DNA from: Eubacteriales bacterium
GTDB lineage: Bacteria; Bacillota; Clostridia; Oscillospirales; CAG-382
Reading direction: 5' to 3'
Assembly: GCA_045537905.1 (NCBI GenBank)
Contig: JAZSQJ010000070.1
Coordinates: 5,628 to 69,627, forward strand
DNA length: 64,000 nucleotides
Each line of letters begins with the position of its first letter. Position 1 is the stretch's first letter. The notes under the pieces were generated by a model. It was not told the DNA's origin. It ran no database searches and was given only the letters and a program-made list of their open reading frames with translations. Positions 8,466 through 17,793 of this stretch are shown here, piece by piece. Position numbers and translations under genes: made by a program.

Positions 8466-8497
8466 TAAAAAACCGTCCGAGCTCGGACGGTTTTTTA
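8466..8497. terminator. Bidirectional terminator between convergent genes
   Basis: aaaaaa-ccgtccgagctcggacgg-tttttt; perfect palindrome flanked by A and T runs. Confidence 0.8.
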
Positions 8498-9604
8498 TTA
8501 TTCAGTATAAATATAGTATCCTACTCTGTTAGAGCTATCGGTTATCTTGCCGATGTTGGAGGTATCCATATCGCTTACGTAATGCAGATTTTTGCCGCTA
8601 TCCGCCTTTACCTCTTCAAGCACCCGCAGGTCTTTTTCATCGAAAACGAATTTTATAACGGCATTTTGGGGACCGTGAACGGGTGCAAGGTCAGGAGCCT
8701 TGCCGCAGGCGATATCCACCACGGCACGGACAAAGTCCACACCAGTGGAAAGATACACGAGGTCACTGCCTATGCAGTCGCCGCCCATACGGGCGCCTAT
8801 CTCGATAATGCGTGCCTCGCCGTTGTCGCCCAGCCTGAATTCAGAGTGAGAGGCACCGTTTTTTATGTTTAGAGCCGTCAGTGCCTTGAATATCTGCTCT
8901 ATTATGCCCTGCTTAAATTCCTCGGGGATATCGGAGGGTTGCTTATGACCCGTTTCGATAAAGGCGGGTGCACCCGTGGTGTACTTTTTGGTAAGGGCCA
9001 GAAAATGGTGCTTGCCCTGATAGGAAACGCACTCACAGCTATACTCGTCACCCCGAATAAACTCCTCGATTACGGCACTTTTCTCAAAGGACTGGGACAG
9101 AGCGTTTTCCACAGCCCGCCCCAGCTCGGCAAAGCTGTTTACCTTAGTGATACCTCGGCTGCCGCTACGGTCGGTAGGCTTTACTATAAGAGGAAAGGTA
9201 AAGCCCTTTAGCTCCTCCGGGGCAGGTGTTTTGGAAACCTTGGTATATCTGGGCACGGGGACCCCTGCCCTTTCAAAGGCGGCACGCATAGCGTACTTAT
9301 TTGTACAGACGTAGCTGTCCTCGTAGGAGTTGCAGACAAGCCCCATATTCTCTGCCACGTAGTTTACGGTTATTACCGCCAGGTCCGATGCGATAGAGGC
9401 TATGCCGTCTATACCTATTTCCTTGCACTTGTCAAGTATCTGCTCCTTTTCCACTATGCTTATGGGATAAAAGAAGTCTGCAGTTTGCTCCCCTACGTCG
9501 CCGCATTCCCAGGCAAACACATGGGTTTCATACCCCATTTCCTTTGCCTTGAGTATCAGCCTGTTTTGAAAGCTGTTTGCACCTATTATTGCAATTTTCT
9601 TCAT
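8498..9604 (-). CDS. ATP-grasp domain ligase
   Basis: PLIVKPTDRSGSRGI, EEFIRGDEYSCE, EIGARMGGD: ATP-grasp fold motifs. ATGA overlap with the upstream aminotransferase gene. Confidence 0.75.
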   Translation of the reverse strand: MKKIAIIGANSFQNRLILKAKEMGYETHVFAWECGDVGEQTADFFYPISIVEKEQILDKCKEIGIDGIASIASDLAVITVNYVAENMGLVCNSYEDSYVCTNKYAMRAAFERAGVPVPRYTKVSKTPAPEELKGFTFPLIVKPTDRSGSRGITKVNSFAELGRAVENALSQSFEKSAVIEEFIRGDEYSCECVSYQGKHHFLALTKKYTTGAPAFIETGHKQPSDIPEEFKQGIIEQIFKALTALNIKNGASHSEFRLGDNGEARIIEIGARMGGDCIGSDLVYLSTGVDFVRAVVDIACGKAPDLAPVHGPQNAVIKFVFDEKDLRVLEEVKADSGKNLHYVSDMDTSNIGKITDSSNRVGYYIYTE

Positions 9605-10737
9605 ACTATGCCGTAAAACTCCTTAACTGCGGATGTGGCTACGTCTACCTCTGCCTCAGTAAGACCGTAGTACATAGGCAAACGAAGCAGACGCTCGCTT
9701 TCGACGGTGGTATAAACGTCCGCACCGTGGAAGCGGCCGAATTTGATACCTGCGGGGGCACTGTGCAAAGGTATATAATGGAAGGCGCTGGCAACACCGT
9801 GCTCCTTAAGGAAGGCTATAAGCTCCCCACGCTCCTTCAAATCCTTTGCCTTGATATAAAACATATGGGCGTTGTGAACGCACCCCTCAGGTATGGTTGG
9901 CAGCTTAAGCTTGCCCGCTTCCTCCAGAGGAAGCAGTGCATCGTAATAGCGTTGCCACAGGGACAGGCGGTAGTTGTTGACCTCCTCGGCCTTTTCAAGC
10001 TGGGCGTAGAGATACGCCGCATTCATATCGCTGGGCAATTAGGAGGAGCCGTAGTCCACCCAGGTGTATTTATCAACCTGGCCACGGAAGAAACGGCTTC
10101 TATCCGTACCCTTTTCACGGATGATCTCGGCACGCTCTACGTCCTCGTTACCCCTTTGGATAAGCAAAGCACCGCCCTCACCCATACTGTAGTTTTTAGT
10201 TTCGTGGAAGCTGTAGCAGCCAAAGTCACCTATAGCACCAAGAGCCTTACCCTTGTAGCTTGCCATAACGCCCTGCGCCGCATCCTCTACAACGTAAACG
10301 CCGTGCTTTTTGGCTATTGCCATTATAGCATCCATATCGCAGGAAACGCCTGCGTAATGCACGGGAACTATTGCCTTGGTTTTGGGGGTAATTGCCGCCT
10401 CTATCAGCTTTTCGTCTATATTCATAGTATCGGGGCGGATATCAACGAAAACTATTACCGCACCACGCTGTACAAAAGCATCGGCAGTGGAAACGAAGGT
10501 GTAGGAGGGCATTATTACCTCGTCGCCTTCTTTAACGTTGCAAAGCAACGCCGCCATCTCCAAGGCGTGGGTACAGGATGTGGTAAGCAGTGCCTTTCTT
10601 GTGCCTGTTTTTTCCTCTATCCAGGCGTTGCACTTTTTGGTAAAAGCTCCGTCGCCGCAGATTTTACCTGCGGCTATTGCCTCAGCTATATAATCTTTTT
10701 CTTTACCCGTATATGGGGGACGGTTAAAAGGTATCAT
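9601..10737 (-). pseudogene. DegT/DnrJ/EryC1/StrS-family (WecE-like) dTDP-4-amino-4,6-dideoxy-sugar aminotransferase interrupted by one in-frame TAA
   Basis: ORFs 10039..10737 and 9601..10038 are in the same frame and contiguous: ...KYTWVDYGSS-TAA-LPSDMNAAYLYAQLEKAEEVNNYRLSLWQRYYDAL.... In E. coli WecE as I recall it, this stretch reads ...GSSY-L-(P/M)S..., so the stop replaces a Tyr codon. The PLP-Lys motif SFHETKN is in the 5' part. Confidence 0.8.
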
Positions 10738-10749
10738 AGGACGTCTCCG

Positions 10750-11820
10750 TTAATCAGCCTGTGCAGGCTTGTACATTTTTTCGTAATAATCGGCGTAGCT
10801 GCCGCTTTTTACGTTCTTTACCCATTGTTGGTTATTTAAGTACCACTCAACCGTTTCCTTTATTCCCTCCTCAAAGGTGTAAAGGGGTGCCCAGCCCAGG
10901 GTGGTGCTTATCTTAGTGTTATCTATAGCATAACGGCGGTCGTGACCGGGTCTGTCCTTGACGTAGCTTATAAGCTCCTCAGAAGCACCTACCGCCTTAA
11001 TTATAAGCTTAACTATCTCTATATTTGCCTTTTCGTTATTACCGCCTACGTTATACACCTCGCCAAGCTGACCCTTGTGCAATACACAGTCAATGGCACG
11101 GCAGTGGTCCTTAACGTGGAGCCAGTCTCTTATCTGCAGACCGTCGCCGTATACGGGGAGAGACTTGCCCTCCAGACAGTTGCTGAGCATAAGAGGTATA
11201 AGCTTTTCGGGAAATTGGTAGGGGCCGTAGTTATTGGAGCAACGGGTTATGTTTACGGGCAAGCCAAAGGTCTCGTGATAGGCACGCACAAACATATCCG
11301 CCGATGCCTTGGAAGCAGAATAAGGACTGTTTGGACTGAGAGGAGTGGTCTCGGTAAACATACCCGTTTTACCTAAAGCACCGTAAACCTCGTCGGTAGA
11401 AACCTGTAAAAACCTTACGCCCTCCTTATAAGTACGGTTGTACTTATCGTCGGGGTCGGCTGACCAACGTTTTTTTGCCTCGTCCAGCAATATCCTTGTA
11501 CCCTCTACGTTAGTGGATAGGAAGATGTTGGGATATAATATACTGCGGTCCACGTGGCTTTCTGCAGCAAAGTTTACCACATAGTCTATATTTTCACTGT
11601 CGAAAACAGACTTTACCTCATCCTCCTTGCTGATATCGCATTTAATAAAGCGATAATTAGGGTTACCTGCCACGTCTGCAAGGTTTTCAAGGTTGCCCGC
11701 ATAGGTAAGGGCATCGATATTAACTATTCTATAATCGGGGTGGGTCTCCAGCATATATCTGACAAAGTTGCTGCCGATAAAGCCTGCACCGCCTGTAACA
11801 AGAACTGTTTTCACTGTCAA
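10750..11820 (-). CDS. rfbB: dTDP-glucose 4,6-dehydratase
   Basis: TGGAGFIGSNF Rossmann motif, YSASKA (YxxxK); full-length resemblance to RmlB. Confidence 0.92.
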   Translation of the reverse strand: MTVKTVLVTGGAGFIGSNFVRYMLETHPDYRIVNIDALTYAGNLENLADVAGNPNYRFIKCDISKEDEVKSVFDSENIDYVVNFAAESHVDRSILYPNIFLSTNVEGTRILLDEAKKRWSADPDDKYNRTYKEGVRFLQVSTDEVYGALGKTGMFTETTPLSPNSPYSASKASADMFVRAYHETFGLPVNITRCSNNYGPYQFPEKLIPLMLSNCLEGKSLPVYGDGLQIRDWLHVKDHCRAIDCVLHKGQLGEVYNVGGNNEKANIEIVKLIIKAVGASEELISYVKDRPGHDRRYAIDNTKISTTLGWAPLYTFEEGIKETVEWYLNNQQWVKNVKSGSYADYYEKMYKPAQAD

Positions 11821-11834
11821 AAAACTCCTTATTA

Positions 11835-12701
11835 TTAGTCTTCTACAAGGGATAAGATGTACTGTCCGTACTCGGTCATCTTAAGGGACGTACCTACCGC
11901 CTTAAGCTGCTCCTTGTTTATAAGTCCCCTTCTCCAGGCTATCTCCTCAAGGCAGGCTATGTAAAAGCCCTGTCTTGACTGTACAGCCTCCACGTACTCT
12001 GCCGCTTGCAGCAGTCCTTGAGGGGTGCCCGTGTCAAGCCACGCCATGCCTCTGCCCATAAGCTCCACGTTAAGAAGCCCAAGCTCAAGGTAAGCGTTGT
12101 TTACAGAGGTAATCTCTATCTCCCCTCTGGCAGATGGCTTTACGTTAGCGGCTATGTCGCACACACGGCTATCGTAAAAATACAGTCCCGGTACCGCATA
12201 GGAGGACTTAGGCTTTTCCGGCTTTTCCTCTATAGAAATAACACGCTTTTTGCTGTCAAACTCCACAACGCCAAAGGCTCTGGGATCCTTAACGGGGTAG
12301 CCAAAGATGGTTGCACCCTCCTTACGGGCAGATGCCCTTTGCAGGATCCGGGTAAGGTCCTGACCGAAAAACACGTTGTCCCCAAGGATAAGGCATACGT
12401 TGTCACCGCCAATAAAATCCTTGCCGATAATAAAGGCGTCTGCCAAACCTCTGGGTGTTTCCTGCACTGCATAGGACAGCTTTGCACCGAAGGTAGAGCC
12501 GTCGCCCAGAAGTGCCTCGTAGGAAGAAATATCCTCGGGGGTGGAAATAATAAGTATCTCCCTTATACCGCCAAGCAAAAGGGTGGACAAGGGGTAATAT
12601 ATAAGGGGTTTATCATATACAGGCAAAAGCTGTTTGGAAACAGCCTTGGTTAGTGGATAAAGTCTTGTTCCTCTACCGCCCGCAAGCACTATACCTTTCA
12701 T
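11835..12701 (-). CDS. rfbA: Glucose-1-phosphate thymidylyltransferase
   Basis: [18 protein letters not shown]..., [16 protein letters not shown]: RmlA signature. Confidence 0.92.
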   Translation of the reverse strand: MKGIVLAGGRGTRLYPLTKAVSKQLLPVYDKPLIYYPLSTLLLGGIREILIISTPEDISSYEALLGDGSTFGAKLSYAVQETPRGLADAFIIGKDFIGGDNVCLILGDNVFFGQDLTRILQRASARKEGATIFGYPVKDPRAFGVVEFDSKKRVISIEEKPEKPKSSYAVPGLYFYDSRVCDIAANVKPSARGEIEITSVNNAYLELGLLNVELMGRGMAWLDTGTPQGLLQAAEYVEAVQSRQGFYIACLEEIAWRRGLINKEQLKAVGTSLKMTEYGQYILSLVED

Positions 12702-12859
12702 CTACAAACACTCCTTAAAGACAGGATTTTACAAAAGAATACAGTTTATTATAACAGCATAGCGTTACAATTGCAAGAGAAAATGACGCTTTTTGGAATA
12801 AAACACGCAAAGAAAGCATATATTTTCAACCCATACAATATATCTGCTCTTAAAGGGGT

Positions 12860-13396
12860 ATGCCTATGTCCAAGGACGGCGGTGGTTTGAAAAACCTTGC
12901 GGTTTTATTTGTGCTATGCTTTATACTTTATCTATGGATAAGAAAAAGCTGTCCCGATGCGGAAAACATCGGGGCGTATATCAGGGAGGATTGGTGTATA
13001 TCAATCCTTTGCTCCCTTGCGATTATTGCTTTGAAATGCTTTGTTGTGATGCCTACCACCGTTTGTTTTATTATATTTGGGTATTTACTGCCCACGGCAG
13101 TTGCTTTTTTGATGTGCCTGCTTTGCGTGGCGGTGCTGTTTACTGCATCATATTACAGGGGAAAGAAAAGCGACGGCGCCAAGGTAGGGGGCATACTGAT
13201 AAAAAAGGATAAGGCAGGAGTGTTTTTGACTGCCCTCAGCCTTAACTGCTTACGTTTTTTTGGCTTAGGTGTTACGGGAAGCTTGTTTGGAAAGGTAGGG
13301 GCTCCTTACACAGCGGCGTTGCTTGGTACTATCCTTGGTATACTGCCTACCATTGCCCTTTCCCTATCGCTGACAGGCTTTCTACCTATAGCGTAG
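12860..13396 (+). CDS. Polytopic membrane protein, function unknown
   Basis: 178 aa with 4-5 hydrophobic helices; no motif recognised with confidence. Confidence 0.5.
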   Translation: MPMSKDGGGLKNLAVLFVLCFILYLWIRKSCPDAENIGAYIREDWCISILCSLAIIALKCFVVMPTTVCFIIFGYLLPTAVAFLMCLLCVAVLFTASYYRGKKSDGAKVGGILIKKDKAGVFLTALSLNCLRFFGLGVTGSLFGKVGAPYTAALLGTILGILPTIALSLSLTGFLPIA

Positions 13397-13412
13397 ACCC
13401 TCTAAAACAGAA

Positions 13413-13438
13413 GAAGAGGTGGCATAAGCCACCTCTTC
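13413..13438. repeat. Left copy of the duplicated terminator hairpin flanking element copy A
   Basis: gaagaggtggcataagccacctcttc. Identical over 25 nt to 13661-13685, but not followed by a T-run. Confidence 0.8.
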
Positions 13439-13660
13439 AGACCGCTGACAAAGGCACAGAGCACGAAAAAGAATAAAACATACTCATTCTAAAGTAGAAA
13501 ATTCAGGGAAAATTTTCCTGAATTTTCTGCATTTTATTTGTTTTTTCGTTCAAAACGAACCTCGGCTCACAGTACTTAGTACAGTTTTCCCCTCGGTTCG
13601 TCTTGCCTGCACTCTTTCTCAGCACTCTGCCAGCTTGATGACAAGATTTGTCATCAAGCT
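13439..13660 (+). repeat. 222-bp ORF-less structured intergenic element, copy A (MITE-like)
   Basis: About nine-tenths identical (by eye) to the reverse complement of 31394-31614. Contains a 14-bp stem agaaaattcaggga/ttcctgaattttct (13495-13529) followed by attttatttgtttttt. Also contains a GTACTTAGTAC palindrome (13572-13582) and a terminal 13-bp hairpin agcttgatgacaa-gat-ttgtcatcaagct (13632-13660). Confidence 0.8.
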
Positions 13661-13690
13661 GAAGAGGTGGCATAAGCCACCTCTTTTTTG
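13661..13690 (+). terminator. Right copy of the duplicated hairpin, retaining the T-run (functional terminator of the upstream membrane-protein gene)
   Basis: gaagaggtggc-ataa-gccacctctt followed by ttttttg. Confidence 0.7.
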
Positions 13691-13724
13691 CTTATTTATT
13701 TAATTTAATAAATTCGCAAATCAG

Positions 13725-13997
13725 TTACTGCTTCTGAGCTGCAAAGCACTCACTGCAGTACACGGGTCTGTCATCAGAAGGCTTAAAGGGAACCTTAGCT
13801 TCATTACCGCAGTTAGCGCAAGTGGTAGTGAAGTATTCCTTAGGACCTCTGGCAGCGTTCTTCTTAGCGTCACGGCAAGCCTTGCAACGCTGGGGCTCGT
13901 TCTGGAAGCCACGCTCAGCGTAAAAAGCCTGTTCACCTGCGGAAAATACGAACTCTGCGCCGCATTCTTTGCAAACCAATGTCTTGTCTTCGTACAT
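13725..13997 (-). CDS. Small zinc-ribbon protein (four CxxC pairs; zf-trcl-like)
   Basis: The likely start is ATG 13997 after GAGGT (the ORF track extends to 14051). CKECGAEFVFSAGEQAFYAERGF...RCKACRD...CANCGNE...CSECF. Confidence 0.7.
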   Translation of the reverse strand: MYEDKTLVCKECGAEFVFSAGEQAFYAERGFQNEPQRCKACRDAKKNAARGPKEYFTTTCANCGNEAKVPFKPSDDRPVYCSECFAAQKQ

Positions 13998-14047
13998 AAT
14001 TTTTACCTCGCTTTGGTATAATGTAAATTTTGGGTTACCCCTTATTA

Positions 14048-14614
14048 TCAAACAAGCTTTTTAAGCTTGGCTTTGATCCTTTGTATTGCATTATCAACGC
14101 TTTTTTCGTTTTTGTTCAGCCGTTTAGCTATATCTGCATAAGGGATCTCAGCCAAATACAACTCAAAAACTGCAGCTTCAAACTTAGAAAGTACCGAGAA
14201 AAACCTGTCATATAACTGACCTGTGCTTTCCCTATCCAAGGACTGAAACTCCGGCGTGCTTCTGTCATCAAGACCAGCCAGTGCCTCAACATCCTCGCTG
14301 ATAACCTCGTGCTTACGCTTGCCATACTTTCTTAACCAGGATACAACACTGTTACGGACACAGGTCAGTACGTAGGTTGAAAACCTGGAGCTTACACCGT
14401 CGTAGGTGCGGACGGCACGCAAAAGCCCGATTAACGCCTCTTGCATTAAATCCTCATGCTCAGACTTGGGTACGGATAAGGACATTACATAGCTTGTTAA
14501 CATACCGTTGTACCGCTCCGCTAACAGCTTAAACGCTTCATCGTCGCCGTTTTTGGCAGATGCTACAAGTGCATTTTCCTCAACTATATCTGTAACGCCC
14601 ATCAATACGCCCAT
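14048..14614 (-). CDS. Sigma-70 family sigma factor, SigH-like
   Basis: Region 2 EDLMQEALIGLLRAVRTYD. The C-terminus LSKFEAAVFELYLAEIPYADIAKRLNKNEKSVDNAIQRIKAKLKK closely parallels the B. subtilis SigH region 4 as I recall it. Confidence 0.7.
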   Translation of the reverse strand: MGVLMGVTDIVEENALVASAKNGDDEAFKLLAERYNGMLTSYVMSLSVPKSEHEDLMQEALIGLLRAVRTYDGVSSRFSTYVLTCVRNSVVSWLRKYGKRKHEVISEDVEALAGLDDRSTPEFQSLDRESTGQLYDRFFSVLSKFEAAVFELYLAEIPYADIAKRLNKNEKSVDNAIQRIKAKLKKLV

Positions 14615-14721
14615 TCAAACATTAAATTAAACAGTTACAATTATACTGCTTACAAATAATTATACTACTTTTATACAAAATGTCAAGATATTTTACTAAA
14701 GATTTGTTCCGTTATTATTAA

Positions 14722-15822
14722 CTAAATTTGTATATACTTTTCGGTGATATTATCCATATCCTCAAGCTTTTTAAGGGCATCCTTAGCTAACGCCAGCTGA
14801 CACCTGCCTCGAACCAGGTTATGGGTAGGGTAGCTTGTTTTGAAGTATTTGTCCCCCTCAAGGTAATCCGTAAGGAAACGGACAGACAGCTCCAGTGCCA
14901 TAAGGATAACACCCCAAGGCATATTCTTTATCTCGGTATTCGTTATCTTCCCCATCATCGGCGGCAAAAAGCCTGCCGCAAACGCCCTGTATCTGTCAAG
15001 GTCCAGGGAAACCTTGGAAAGGTCTGCCTCGTCCTCTGCTGCGGTATTTGCCGCAAAACGTACGGCGTCACCAAAGTCGGTCATGGTAAAGCCGGGCATA
15101 ACCGTATCCAGGTCGATAACCGCCAAGGGCTCACCGGTGCGGATATCCAGCATTATGTTGTTACCCTTCGTATCGTTATGAGTAACCCTTACGGGGATTT
15201 TGCCCTGATTATACAAATCTGTAAAACGGTAGGCGTGCTTGTATACCGTGCGGAGATACTCTACCTCCTCGCAAAGCTCAGCCGCTCTGCCGGAAGTATC
15301 CTCGTCGTATGCCTTGAAAAAGGTATCAAAACGCAAAGGTGTGTTGTGAAAATTGGGAATAGTTTCGTATAGGTCGCCGCCGGGAAAATCAGAAAGCATA
15401 GACAAAAAGCGACCAAAGCCTCTGCCAACAGCCTCAAGCATCTTGTTATCGTAAACGTCGTAGGTTGCCGCATTGTAAACAAAGGTCATAACACGCCAAT
15501 ACTCACCGCTTTGGGTAACGTACAGGCAATTGTCGCCGTTTTTGTACAGCCTTATAACCTTCCGCTTAACGTCAGGCTCACCCATTTCCTCCAGCTTACG
15601 CCTTACGTGGGAGGTAACAGCCTGAACGTTTTTTATAATAAGCTCCGGTTTTTTGAAAACGTAGTTGTTTACACGCTGAAATAGGTAAGACCTTATTTTA
15701 CCGTCTACGTCCATATCTACTCTGTATGTATTGTTTATGTGTCCTCTTTTTAAGGGAACAACCTCTTTTACTGTCCCTTTCAAGCCGTAAGCCTGACATA
15801 TTTCGTTAAACACATTATCCAT
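14722..15822 (-). CDS. nahK: N-acetylhexosamine 1-kinase (APH-fold phosphotransferase)
   Basis: RVTHNDTKGNNIMLD, VIDLDTVMPG, DFGDAVRFAANTAAEDEADLSKV and RFLTDYLEGDKYFKTSYPTHNLVR track Bifidobacterium NahK almost motif for motif (from memory). Confidence 0.75.
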   Translation of the reverse strand: MDNVFNEICQAYGLKGTVKEVVPLKRGHINNTYRVDMDVDGKIRSYLFQRVNNYVFKKPELIIKNVQAVTSHVRRKLEEMGEPDVKRKVIRLYKNGDNCLYVTQSGEYWRVMTFVYNAATYDVYDNKMLEAVGRGFGRFLSMLSDFPGGDLYETIPNFHNTPLRFDTFFKAYDEDTSGRAAELCEEVEYLRTVYKHAYRFTDLYNQGKIPVRVTHNDTKGNNIMLDIRTGEPLAVIDLDTVMPGFTMTDFGDAVRFAANTAAEDEADLSKVSLDLDRYRAFAAGFLPPMMGKITNTEIKNMPWGVILMALELSVRFLTDYLEGDKYFKTSYPTHNLVRGRCQLALAKDALKKLEDMDNITEKYIQI

Positions 15823-15884
15823 TATATGCCACCGCCGATTTAATTATTATGATTGGTACAGTATATGCCAAGTGTTACAAACTG

Positions 15885-17768
15885 TTATTGCTGTATTCTC
15901 AAAACCTCGCCCATACCGGGTTGAACGTCTATAAAGCCCTCGTATTCTTTATCAGTGAGCATGGATCTGTACTCACCCTCAAGCGTAAGTCTTGCCGTGT
16001 CGCCCCCGGTGTTGGTGCATACCACTACTCTATCCGCTTCCTCTCCACGCTCGAAAGCAAAGAGGCCGCCCTTTGCCTTAAGAACCTTAAAGGCAGTGGA
16101 CTTGAACACGCTGTCCTTCCTGAGGTTTATCAGCGTTTTGTACCAACTGAATATCTCCTTGTCCTCCCTGCCCCAGGGATAGGGGCAACGGTTAAAGGGG
16201 TCACGGTAGCCTTCCATACCCGCCTCGTCACCGTAATAGATGCAAGGTATACCGGGAAGGGTCATCTGCAGCAGCACTGCCGTCATAAGCCTGTGGCGTG
16301 CCACGATACGGTGAAGGGTATCCATTTTCTTAACCGCAAGCTCTGCATTGGTATAGCCGTCAGAACGCTCACCGCCCATTATGGTAAGGATACGCTCGGT
16401 ATCGTGGGTGCCGAGAATGTTCATCATATATGAGGTTTTGTGTAAGGGATAATGTCTGTATAAGGTATCTACTGTGTCTGCTAAAAAGTCTGCACTGCCG
16501 TGAAGCACGTACTCCACTATGGCACTGCGGAGGGGATAGTTCATTACCGAGTCGAGCTGGGCACCCTGAAAATACTTCTTACGCTCACCGTAAGCCATTT
16601 TGTCAGAGGCGTCCTCCCAAACCTCGCCAACTATATAGGCGTCCTCCTTCTTGCTCTTTATAGCCGCACAAAGCTCGGTAACGAAATCGCTTTCCAGCTC
16701 GTCAACTACGTCAAGACGGAAGCCTGCCGCACCCATTGACATATATTTATCTACTACGCCGCCCACGCCGTTAATAAGCTGTCGGAAAGAATGGTTGCGG
16801 TTTACACGGGGAAGGTTGCCTATACCCCACCAGGACTGATAGTAATCGGGATACTCCTTAAAGTTAAACCAGCTGTAATAGGGGCTTGACTGACCGCCGG
16901 AGTATGCACCGTTGCCGCCGTATTTGCCGTATTTATCAAAGTAAAGGCTATCATCGCCCACGTGGTTAAACACGCCGTCCAGAATAACGCCTATACCCCG
17001 TTCTGCCGCTTGGTCAAACAAATTCTTAAGAGCCTCGTCGCCGCCGAACATCTCGTCAACCTTCATATAGTCGCCCGTGTCGTACTTATGGTTGGAATAC
17101 GCCTTGAACACGGGGCTGAGATAGATACAGGTAACACCAAGCTCTGCCAGGTAGTCCAGCTTCTCGGCAACGCCCCAGAGGGTGCCGCCGAAGAAGGTGT
17201 TGTTAGGCAGAAAATCACCCTGATGCTCTGCGTATTCGGGGACGCCGTTATCCCAATCCGTAAGCATAACGGCGTCATCCCTTACGGGAACTTCCCTACT
17301 GCCCTTGTAAAACCTGTCTACAAACACGTGATAGATTATGCCGCCCTCAAGCCAGGAGGGAGACTTATACTTTTCGTCATATATAAGCATCCTGCCTATA
17401 TATACCTTATCATAGCCTATAGTGCCGCCTGCACGCATATACCACTTGCCCGATGCGGTATGCAGCTCGTACCCGTAAAAGTACAGACCTGCAACGGAGG
17501 GGATGGGAAGGTCAAACCTGTACACGTCAAAGCCCTTGTCAAGCCCAGACCATACACCGTCAACACGCATATCCTCGCCGCCGTCACGGGCAAACAGTAA
17601 CGTTGCCTTAAGCACTGCAAGAGAGCGCCTTGTTTTCAAAACCGGTATCATTTCCTCGCCAATAGCCAAAGCCCTGCTACCGCTTATTTTTCCGTTTTTA
17701 TATGTGATTGATACACAATCCACCGCGTTACCACGGTCGGTTTGTGCATTTAGAACTCTAAGTGCCAC
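15885..17768 (-). CDS. GH13 alpha-glucan hydrolase (neopullulanase/cyclomaltodextrinase-like)
   Basis: All four GH13 regions are intact: VILDGVFNHVG, GFRLDVVDE, VGEVWED, LGTHDTERI. Confidence 0.85.
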   Translation of the reverse strand: MALRVLNAQTDRGNAVDCVSITYKNGKISGSRALAIGEEMIPVLKTRRSLAVLKATLLFARDGGEDMRVDGVWSGLDKGFDVYRFDLPIPSVAGLYFYGYELHTASGKWYMRAGGTIGYDKVYIGRMLIYDEKYKSPSWLEGGIIYHVFVDRFYKGSREVPVRDDAVMLTDWDNGVPEYAEHQGDFLPNNTFFGGTLWGVAEKLDYLAELGVTCIYLSPVFKAYSNHKYDTGDYMKVDEMFGGDEALKNLFDQAAERGIGVILDGVFNHVGDDSLYFDKYGKYGGNGAYSGGQSSPYYSWFNFKEYPDYYQSWWGIGNLPRVNRNHSFRQLINGVGGVVDKYMSMGAAGFRLDVVDELESDFVTELCAAIKSKKEDAYIVGEVWEDASDKMAYGERKKYFQGAQLDSVMNYPLRSAIVEYVLHGSADFLADTVDTLYRHYPLHKTSYMMNILGTHDTERILTIMGGERSDGYTNAELAVKKMDTLHRIVARHRLMTAVLLQMTLPGIPCIYYGDEAGMEGYRDPFNRCPYPWGREDKEIFSWYKTLINLRKDSVFKSTAFKVLKAKGGLFAFERGEEADRVVVCTNTGGDTARLTLEGEYRSMLTDKEYEGFIDVQPGMGEVLRIQQ

Positions 17769-17793
17769 AAAGCGCCCCCGAAATAATTATAGA

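Noticed and set aside
13439-13660. ORF-less group II intron (class C introns target terminator hairpins), IStron or IS200/IS605-derived PATE as the identity of the 222-bp element.
   Set aside because: The element is far too short for group II intron domains I-VI and shows no domain V-like motif. Those elements insert beside a hairpin without duplicating it. I see no subterminal hairpin pair or TnpB omega-RNA-like scaffold that I can recognise. The identity remains open.
13413-13690. Could the repeated hairpins be a minimal CRISPR array or a tandem terminator?
   Set aside because: There are only two repeats per locus. The 'spacer' is a 222-bp sequence conserved between loci, whereas the 'repeats' differ between loci, which is the opposite of CRISPR logic. 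No cas genes are in the window.
13636-13703. Small ORF starting at the ATG inside the terminal hairpin (atgacaagatttgtcatcaagctg...) and reading out of the element.
   Set aside because: There is no SD sequence, the start codon is buried in a 13-bp stem, and the downstream peptide differs completely between copies A and B because it is encoded by the captured host hairpin.
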